From the NCBI GenBank assembly GCA_049967475.1, contig JBMFSQ010000026.1:1-48152 (forward strand): a DNA stretch of 48,152 nt, given 5' to 3'. The DNA comes from Chthonomonadales bacterium. GTDB taxonomy: Bacteria; Armatimonadota; Chthonomonadetes; Chthonomonadales; CAJBBX01. The position numbers and the translations under genes were made by a program. Every line of letters begins with the position of its first letter. Position 1 is the first letter of the stretch. Positions 41,735-48,152 of this stretch are shown piece after piece. Below the pieces are notes generated by a model, which was not told the DNA's origin, ran no database searches, and saw only the letters and a list, made by a program, of their open reading frames with translations.

Positions 41735-43552
41735 ATGCCTGAAATCCGCTCCATCCTCGCCACCGACTGCGGCAGCACCACAACCAAGGCAATCCTCATC
41801 GAAAAGACGGCCGGCGGATACCGGCTCTCCGTACGAGGCGAAGCTCCCACAACCGTAGAAGCCCCCTTCGACGATGTAACCGTAGGGGTGGTCAATGCTG
41901 TGCGCGAGGTGGAGGAGCTTTCGGGGCGCACGCTCATCGGCCCCGACGGCCGCATTCTCACACCCCAGCGGGAGGACGGCAGTGGAGTGGATCTGTACCT
42001 CTCCACGTCCAGCGCCGGCGGCGGCTTGCAAATGACCGTGGCAGGCGTGGTGAAGGCGATGAGCGCCGAGAGCGCCCAGCGGGCCGCCTTGGGAGCCGGG
42101 GCCATCGTCATAGACGTTATCGCGGTAGACGACGGCCGCAAGGAATACCAAAAGGTCGAGCGGATCCGACAATTGCGCCCCGATATGATCCTCATGTCCG
42201 GAGGCACCGACGGCGGCACCACGACGCACCTCGTAGAGTTGGCGGAGATGCTGGTGGCGGCGGATCCCAAACCCCGCCTGGGCATCGGAATGACGCTCCC
42301 CGTAATCTACGCAGGCAACAAGGATGCCTACCCAGCCGTAGCAGAACTTCTGAAGGACCGTGTGGCCCTCCGACAGGTCCCTAATCTGCGCCCCACTCTG
42401 GAGCAGGAGAACCTGATCCCCGCGCGCGAAGCCATTCACGAGCTCTTCCTCGAACACGTGATGCAACAGGCCCCGGGATACAGCAAGCTTTCGCAATGGG
42501 TGAGCACCGGCATCATGTCCACGCCCAACGCCGTGGGCAAGATCATGCAGACCATTGCGGCTCAGCGCAATATCACCGTTCTGGGAGTGGATATCGGAGG
42601 CGCCACCACGGACGTGTTTTCCGTGTTCCGCAATGAAGCCCAGGAGCCCGTTTTCAACCGCACGGTGTCCGCCAATCTAGGCATGAGCTATTCCATCTGC
42701 AACGTATTGAGCGAGGCCGGCGCCCCGAATATCGAGCGATGGCTCCCCTTCGATCTGGCTGAGGCCGATCTGCGCAACCAGCTTCGGAACAAGATGATCC
42801 GCCCTACTACAATCCCGCAGCGCCTGGCAGACCTTCACCTCGAACAGGCCGTCGCCCGAGAAGCTTTGCGCCTCGCCTTCGAGCACCACAAATCCCTCGC
42901 GCGCGGCCTCACGGGCATCCAAACCCAACGCACCATCGGAGATGCTCTGGACCAAAAAGCCACCGGGGCTACCCTCGTCAATATGATGGCACTGGATATG
43001 ATCGTAGGGAGCGGAGGCGTTCTGTCTCACGCTCCGCGCCGGGCGCAGGCTGCCCTCATGATGATGGATGCCTATCAGCCGGAAGGAGTAACGCTCCTCA
43101 CGGTAGACTCGATTTTCATGATGCCCCAGCTCGGCATCCTCTCCACCGTACACCCTGAGGCCGCCACAGAAGTCTTTGAGCGCGATTGCCTCATCTACCT
43201 GGGCACCTGCATCGCTCCAGTAGGTTCCGGCAAAGCAGGGGAGCCGTGCATCACGGTGTCCGTAGGCGGGGAAGCCGTGAGTGTCCCCTTCGGAACCATC
43301 CGGGTCATCCCGCTTGGGTTCAAACAGGGCGAGGACGGCGCGCCTGCCCAGGCTGAGGTCGTGTTGCAGCCCGCCCGCGGCTTTGACGTAGGCGCAGGGC
43401 GCGGCCGGACGCGTACCGTCACGGCAACGGGGGGCGTTGTTGGGCTCATCATAGACGCGCGTGGACGCCCCCTCGCCCTCCCGGCAGAACGATCCGACCG
43501 CATTAAGGCCCTTAAGGAGTGGCATGCAGCCATGGGGATCCCCACCGTCTGA
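41735..43552 (+). CDS. Glutamate mutase L (GlmL/MutL-reactivase)-family ASKHA ATPase, long form
   Basis: TDCGSTTTK, APTTVE, SSAGGGL, SAQRAALGAGA, GGTDGG, VIYAGN, VDIGGATTDVFS, GSGGVLSHAP, and a C-terminal extension ending GLIIDARGRP. AGGAG RBS. Confidence 0.87.
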   Translation: MPEIRSILATDCGSTTTKAILIEKTAGGYRLSVRGEAPTTVEAPFDDVTVGVVNAVREVEELSGRTLIGPDGRILTPQREDGSGVDLYLSTSSAGGGLQMTVAGVVKAMSAESAQRAALGAGAIVIDVIAVDDGRKEYQKVERIRQLRPDMILMSGGTDGGTTTHLVELAEMLVAADPKPRLGIGMTLPVIYAGNKDAYPAVAELLKDRVALRQVPNLRPTLEQENLIPAREAIHELFLEHVMQQAPGYSKLSQWVSTGIMSTPNAVGKIMQTIAAQRNITVLGVDIGGATTDVFSVFRNEAQEPVFNRTVSANLGMSYSICNVLSEAGAPNIERWLPFDLAEADLRNQLRNKMIRPTTIPQRLADLHLEQAVAREALRLAFEHHKSLARGLTGIQTQRTIGDALDQKATGATLVNMMALDMIVGSGGVLSHAPRRAQAALMMMDAYQPEGVTLLTVDSIFMMPQLGILSTVHPEAATEVFERDCLIYLGTCIAPVGSGKAGEPCITVSVGGEAVSVPFGTIRVIPLGFKQGEDGAPAQAEVVLQPARGFDVGAGRGRTRTVTATGGVVGLIIDARGRPLALPAERSDRIKALKEWHAAMGIPTV

Positions 43553-44454
43553 TGCACGCCTCCACCCTCCAGATGCTTCGATGCCCGGATTGCGGCGGAA
43601 GCCCGGTTGCGGCACGCGGCAGTGACGTGCACGAAGACCGGGTAGAGGACGCCGTGCTCACCTGCCCCGATTGTGGAGCGCAATACCCAATCCAAGAAGG
43701 CATCGCGCAGATGCTGCCTAAAGACCTTCGGGCCCCGGCAGAAGCGCCTGCCTGTTCGGACGAGGGGCCCACCGGTTCCGCCGCGCTCCCGGAGCCGGAG
43801 GAAGCTGCAATCCGCAAGCGGAGCGAGATGCTGGCGCGGGACGCACAGGTACAGCAGTACGACCGGATGTGGCATCTTGCACTCTTCGGCCTCGCCGAAA
43901 TCCCCGCCACTCTCTTGCACCTTTCCCTGGAGCCGCACCACACCCTGCTGGAGGCCGGTTGCGGCACCGGCCGCATGACACCCCATTTCGCGGCCCGCTG
44001 CCGGCATCTTGTGGCTGTGGACTTCTCACTCAAATCCCTCAAGGTCTGCGCCGCGAAACTCCGCGCACGGCGGCTGAACAATGTGGATCTGGTGCAGGCC
44101 GACCTTTGCAGCCTCCCTTTTGCAAGTGAGACCTTCCATCGTGTGGCGAGCTGCCAGGTAATCGAGCACGTGCCCACCCCATCGGCCCGCGCAGCCGCAG
44201 TCGCCGAGATGCACCGCGTGCTCCGCACGGAAGGCGTCGCTGCCGTCTCGGCATACCGATACGCCTTCCCCATGAACCTCCTCGCACCCAAACAAGGCGA
44301 ACACGAGGGCGGCATCCCCTTCATCCGCTTTACGCGCGAAGAGATCCTGGACCTCCTTTCATCCTCCTTCGCGGTACACTCCATAACAGGCGCGCTGCTC
44401 TATCACTACATCGCCCGCTGCGTCAAGGTACCCAACATTGGAAGCTCCCATTAA
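43552..44454 (+). CDS. Trm112-like Zn-finger fused to a class I SAM-dependent methyltransferase
   Basis: LRCPDCG..LTCPDCGAQYPIQEGI; LLEAGCGTG, VDFS, QADLCSLPF, VIEH, EMHRVLR. The ATG overlaps the upstream TGA (TGATG). Confidence 0.87.
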   Translation: MHASTLQMLRCPDCGGSPVAARGSDVHEDRVEDAVLTCPDCGAQYPIQEGIAQMLPKDLRAPAEAPACSDEGPTGSAALPEPEEAAIRKRSEMLARDAQVQQYDRMWHLALFGLAEIPATLLHLSLEPHHTLLEAGCGTGRMTPHFAARCRHLVAVDFSLKSLKVCAAKLRARRLNNVDLVQADLCSLPFASETFHRVASCQVIEHVPTPSARAAAVAEMHRVLRTEGVAAVSAYRYAFPMNLLAPKQGEHEGGIPFIRFTREEILDLLSSSFAVHSITGALLYHYIARCVKVPNIGSSH

Positions 44455-45073
44455 GCGAACCTGGAGGCTCGGCCCCAGAGAGCGCCAGCGATTGCAGGCA
44501 GTCCTCGTACTGGTGGTGCTGGCCCTCCTTTGGTTCATCGCTTTTCAGCCCTGGCTCAAAGGCGTCATCGCCACGCGCGACCTGCAAACGTGCCAAACGA
44601 ATTGCCTCAAGATAGGCCAGGCCCTCACCCGCTACATGCAGGATTGGGATGATGCCTTTCCGCCGGCGGATAGCTGGATGACCAACGCCGCCGGCATGCT
44701 GGGAACTACCTCGGGCACCGGCTTCGGAGTGTCGCACTACTTCCATTGCCCCACCGATCACTCCGGCGCACCCTCCAGCTATGCGTATAACGACCTTCTG
44801 CAGGGCATCAGTCCGGGCATTCAATCGAAAGACCCCAGCAAGGAAGCCCGCCGCAACAAGGTTCGCGTGCCTGCCCGCTTCCCCATGGTCATCGAGAAGC
44901 ACGGTACCGCAGAGAATGGTCACCTCACGTTGGAGAACTGGGCCGACGTAGACCGCCAAATGGACACACCCCACAACGTGCCGGATCCCACGGGCATGTT
45001 GATTGACGGCGCCGGCCAGGCCGAGCGCAAGACGCGGGAACAGCTTCGCTTCCTATCGGACAAGCGCTTCTGA
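44438..45073 (+). CDS. Pseudopilin/DUF1559-like single-TM protein lacking the canonical cleavage motif
   Basis: TM segment followed by CQTNCLKIGQALTRYMQDWDDAFP..FHCP..SSYAYN, similar to the protein at 9555-10349. TTG start uncertain. Confidence 0.7.
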   Translation: MEAPIKRTWRLGPRERQRLQAVLVLVVLALLWFIAFQPWLKGVIATRDLQTCQTNCLKIGQALTRYMQDWDDAFPPADSWMTNAAGMLGTTSGTGFGVSHYFHCPTDHSGAPSSYAYNDLLQGISPGIQSKDPSKEARRNKVRVPARFPMVIEKHGTAENGHLTLENWADVDRQMDTPHNVPDPTGMLIDGAGQAERKTREQLRFLSDKRF

Positions 45074-45318
45074 CACCCGGCCGGCCATGCCCTGTTCCAT
45101 GCAACCTCAGCCGGCTTCACGGCGGACGCGCACCCACCCCAAGCCCGCGATCCCCAATCCCAGGCCCGAAACAAGATGCGGCCGCACGGGGTACAATGGG
45201 AAGGCTTCTGCAACCCGACGTTCCCGCCGTCCGGGTGCGGCACAGGCCGAACCGGCCGAATCGTGCCGCGCGAGCGCCCATCCGCATTCATCTTACAACC
45301 ATCCTGGGAGAGCGTCTG

Positions 45319-46464
45319 TTGGGTACCGCCTACACGCCTGGGCTCAAAATCAGCCCCTGCACCCGCATCGAGAAAGTCCGCCGGCTCCCCCTCAAAGGCC
45401 GCGTCCTCGTGGCCGAGGGAGACCTGGTGATGCCGGACACCGTCGTCGCGCGTACAGAACTTCCTGGGCTCATGCAAACCGTGAAGGTTGCGGAGCTTTT
45501 GGGCGTTGATCCCGCCGATGTGAAAGAAACCCTCCTCGTGCGCGTGGGCGACCGCATCGAAAAGGGGATGGTGCTCGCCCGATCCAAAGGCCTCTTCGGC
45601 CTCTTCCGTTCCGAGGTCAAGAGCCCGGTGGAAGGGACCCTCGAGCTCTTCTCGGAACGCACGGGCCACTTGGGCATCCGGCTTCCGCCTACGCCCATCG
45701 AAAAGGACGCCTACGTACGGGGCCGTGTCGTACGCATCCTCGCCGACGAAGGCGTCGTCATCGAATGCGTGGGCGCCCTGGTGCAGGGCATCTTCGGAGT
45801 TGGGGGTGAGGGGCAGGGCACCATCGCGTTGGCCGTGGATCGCGCCGACGCCCCGCTGGAGGCGCAGCACATCACTCCACAACATAAGGGCGCCGTGATC
45901 GTCGGCGGATGCCTGGCCACCCTGGAAGCCCTTCAGCGGGCCGCCCAGGTGGGCGCTTCCGGCATCGTAGTGGGCGGCATCGTGGACCGCGACCTCATTA
46001 CCTACCTCCGCCAGGCCCTCAACGACCCGGCCTACGACATCGGCGTGGCGATTACGGGCCAAGAGCCAATCCCCTTCACTCTGGTAGTAACCGAAGGCTT
46101 CGGGTCCATCCCCATGGCTGCCCGCACCTTCGCCCTCCTCCAGAGCCTTCAGGGACGCACTGCCTCCATCAACGGCGCCACCCAGATCCGCGCAGGGGTT
46201 ATCCGCCCCGAAGTCGTGGTCCCCGCCGAAGACGCCGCCGTCCCCCAGGATGCTTCCACCGGCAGCGGAGGCCGATTGGATATCGGTGCCGCCATCCGCG
46301 TGATCCGGGAGCCCTACTTCGGCATTCTGGGTACGGTGACCGGCTTGCCCCCGGAACTTCGCCAGGTGGAATCGGAAACGTGGGTACGCGTGCTGGAGGC
46401 CCAACTGGCCGACGGGCGACACGTTGTGGTGCCCCGGGCCAACGTGGAGATCATCGAAACCTAG
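45319..46464 (+). CDS. Uncharacterised protein with barrel-sandwich-hybrid-like repeats and a KOW/SH3-like C-terminus
   Basis: TTG start after GGAG; AYTPGL, GRVLVAEGDLV, LVRVGDRIEKG..VKSPVEG, QGIFGVGGE, TEGFG, IGAAIRVIREPYFG..VPRANVE. Confidence 0.8.
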   Translation: MGTAYTPGLKISPCTRIEKVRRLPLKGRVLVAEGDLVMPDTVVARTELPGLMQTVKVAELLGVDPADVKETLLVRVGDRIEKGMVLARSKGLFGLFRSEVKSPVEGTLELFSERTGHLGIRLPPTPIEKDAYVRGRVVRILADEGVVIECVGALVQGIFGVGGEGQGTIALAVDRADAPLEAQHITPQHKGAVIVGGCLATLEALQRAAQVGASGIVVGGIVDRDLITYLRQALNDPAYDIGVAITGQEPIPFTLVVTEGFGSIPMAARTFALLQSLQGRTASINGATQIRAGVIRPEVVVPAEDAAVPQDASTGSGGRLDIGAAIRVIREPYFGILGTVTGLPPELRQVESETWVRVLEAQLADGRHVVVPRANVEIIET

Positions 46465-46655
46465 CCGTCCCCAGCCTCACGGACCGGCCGCGGCGCCCAA
46501 TAAAGGGGCAAACCGCTCCTTGGCGACCCCGTTGCGAAGGTGCCCGGGCTCCCGCTGGTGAAACGTCCCTCTAGATCCCGCCTTCCCAGAAGCCGTTTGG
46601 CCATACCGGGCTGAGCGAAGGAAGGCGGCAACACCCATCCACCAGGAGGTGCATC

Positions 46656-47948
46656 GTGACACGCCTTGCCGCAATCCTGCTGCTTGCCGCAGTGCTCTCC
46701 GCCACCGCAGCGCCCCTCGGCGCACAAAAGATCTGTGTCCATGCCGCCAAGTACGACCGCAACGGCATCCTCCGCCCCTGGACCGCTTGGAAGGACGCCC
46801 TCGACCGCGAGATGAAGTGGTATGCCCGATGCCCCACCGAGCACGGATACCCGCGCTTCGTCTTCATGACCTTCATGGACGGCTCCTACAACCTCTCCAA
46901 AGACCACAAGCCCAGCTTCATCCCTGCCATGCAGAACGGCATGGGCATTATCTCGTACCTCAAATACTATGACTTCACCGGCCGCAAGGACCCCGGCCTT
47001 CTGCGCATCGCCCGCGCCATGGGCGATTACCTCGTCAAGGAAGCCGTTACCCCCAACGAGGGCAAATATCCCCGCTTCACCCGATCCACAGGCTGGGCGG
47101 CACGCTTCCCGCAGCCGCCGGACTGCGGATCCCAAGATGACCGCCCCTACGAAATCGAACCCGACAAAGGAGGCATCGCCGGGTACGCCCTCCTCCTGCT
47201 CTACGACGTCACGAAAGAACCGTCCTATCTGGATCAAGCTCTGCAGAACGCCCGGGATCTGGCAGCCAATCAGCAGGAAGGGTCGCAAACGAGCTCCCCA
47301 TGGCCGTTCCGCGCCGACTACCGTACCGGAGAGCCCCGCGGCGCCGTGAGCGGCAATATGGCCTACATCCTGCGCCTTTATGACGGGCTCATCGCCCACG
47401 GTTACACCCAGTTCCGGGAGCCGCGCCAAAAGCTGTGGGATTGGATCAAGAACGTGCAGATCCCCAACCTCGCCAAGGACGGCCTCCTCTGGGCCCAATT
47501 CTTCGAGGACCACGACCAGGCCGACAACCGCACCGCATGGGCGCCCCTCAACCTGGCGCGCTACCTCCTGGAACAGAAGGACGCTCTGGATCCCGATTGG
47601 CAGCGCGACGCCAAAGCCCTCATCGAGTTCTGCATCCGGCGCTTCACCAGCATCGTATTCGGCGTACCCGTCTGCGGAGAACAAGACGAGGACCGCCACC
47701 CCTGGGGAGGCATCCTCTCCACCTACGGCGCCGTGCTGGCCCTCTACAGCCGCGCCACCGGCTCCATGGAGTACAAGGGCTTGGCCTACCAGGCCCTCAA
47801 CTTCTGCCTCTACGCCATCGAGAAGGACGGCTGCCCGCACGACATTGTCCTGAGGCCCGGCCGCGGCGGATGGCAGGAAGATGCCCACACCGACAAAATC
47901 CACAACTATGTGGATGCCATGCGCGCCTTCCCCGAATGGGCGCGGTAA
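46656..47948 (+). CDS. Secreted (alpha/alpha)6-toroid glycosidase-like protein
   Basis: AGGAGG RBS and GTG start, signal peptide, helical repeats YYDFTG..LRIARAMGDYL, LLLYDVTKEPSYLDQA, LYSRATGSMEY. Confidence 0.72.
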   Translation: MTRLAAILLLAAVLSATAAPLGAQKICVHAAKYDRNGILRPWTAWKDALDREMKWYARCPTEHGYPRFVFMTFMDGSYNLSKDHKPSFIPAMQNGMGIISYLKYYDFTGRKDPGLLRIARAMGDYLVKEAVTPNEGKYPRFTRSTGWAARFPQPPDCGSQDDRPYEIEPDKGGIAGYALLLLYDVTKEPSYLDQALQNARDLAANQQEGSQTSSPWPFRADYRTGEPRGAVSGNMAYILRLYDGLIAHGYTQFREPRQKLWDWIKNVQIPNLAKDGLLWAQFFEDHDQADNRTAWAPLNLARYLLEQKDALDPDWQRDAKALIEFCIRRFTSIVFGVPVCGEQDEDRHPWGGILSTYGAVLALYSRATGSMEYKGLAYQALNFCLYAIEKDGCPHDIVLRPGRGGWQEDAHTDKIHNYVDAMRAFPEWAR

Positions 47949-47964
47949 CCCTCTGCGCACGCGC

Positions 47965-48002
47965 AAAAAACCCCCGGGCCGTCCGGCGGGGCGACCCGGG
48001 AG
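47965..48002 (-). terminator. Rho-independent terminator of the minus-strand gene at the right edge
   Basis: Minus strand CTCCCGGG..CCCGGGGG stem followed by TTTTTT; lies between convergent genes. Confidence 0.7.
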
Positions 48003-48026
48003 TGCAAAGGAGGTTGATGCGATGGG

Positions 48027-48152
48027 TTAGGAGGCAGATCTGCGCCGGAAAAAGGTGAGGCCATAGACTGCGCCGCCGATGAGGGCTACCACAGGCGCCG
48101 CCGGCATCAACAGGACGAGAATTCCGAAGCCTGCCTGCATGATCGTCATGAC
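48027..48152 (-). CDS. 3' end of a membrane protein (partial, starts beyond the window)
   Basis: Translated by hand: VMTIMQAGFGILVLLMPAAPVVALIGGAVYGLTFFRRRSAS-stop. Hydrophobic with a basic tail, followed by a terminator. Confidence 0.65.
   Translation of the reverse strand, partial: VMTIMQAGFGILVLLMPAAPVVALIGGAVYGLTFFRRRSAS

Noticed and set aside
41735..43552. Second DNA-repair MutL
   Set aside because: Name collision only. This is the glutamate mutase L (ASKHA) family, with no GHKL motifs.
46495..46630. c-di-GMP-I riboswitch (GGCAAACC seen near 46509)
   Set aside because: No GAAA-capped stem or GACGCAAAGC follows; only a generic CCGCCTTCC/GGAAGGCGG inverted repeat.

Overview
GC-rich bacterial chromosomal window of about 30 genes. 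An H-X9-DG prepilin-type protein, many secreted glycoside-hydrolase-like proteins and sigma54 signalling suggest Armatimonadota or a similar lineage (inference). From the start, it contains: a kinase-vWA(TerY)-PP2C triad whose PP2C gene runs off the left edge and is missing from the ORF track; a beta-propeller glycosidase; an ECF sigma/anti-sigma/membrane-protein operon with a SigW-type promoter; a phosphopantetheinyl transferase; an orphan sugar ABC permease; a prepilin-type gene with a near-consensus sigma70 promoter and a long structured leader; a ~1190-aa secreted multidomain protein; mutL, a Zn-ribbon gene and mutS; an HlyD/ABC exporter; miaB; a TIGR03960-type radical SAM protein; ahcY; a Spy/CpxP-like protein; a GAF-GAF-PAS kinase; a sigma54 activator lacking its DNA-binding HTH; a REC-PilZ protein behind a sigma54 promoter; a ~1200-aa secreted GH99-like/Ig protein; an M48 peptidase; and an orphan GlmL-family ATPase cluster with a Trm112-methyltransferase, a pseudopilin-like gene and an uncharacterised KOW-tailed protein. 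I found no rRNA, tRNA, CRISPR array or mobile element. The best candidates for uncharacterised systems are the mutase-less GlmL cluster, the reordered TerY-P triad and the HTH-less sigma54/PilZ module. All family assignments come from reading motifs by eye; no searches were run.
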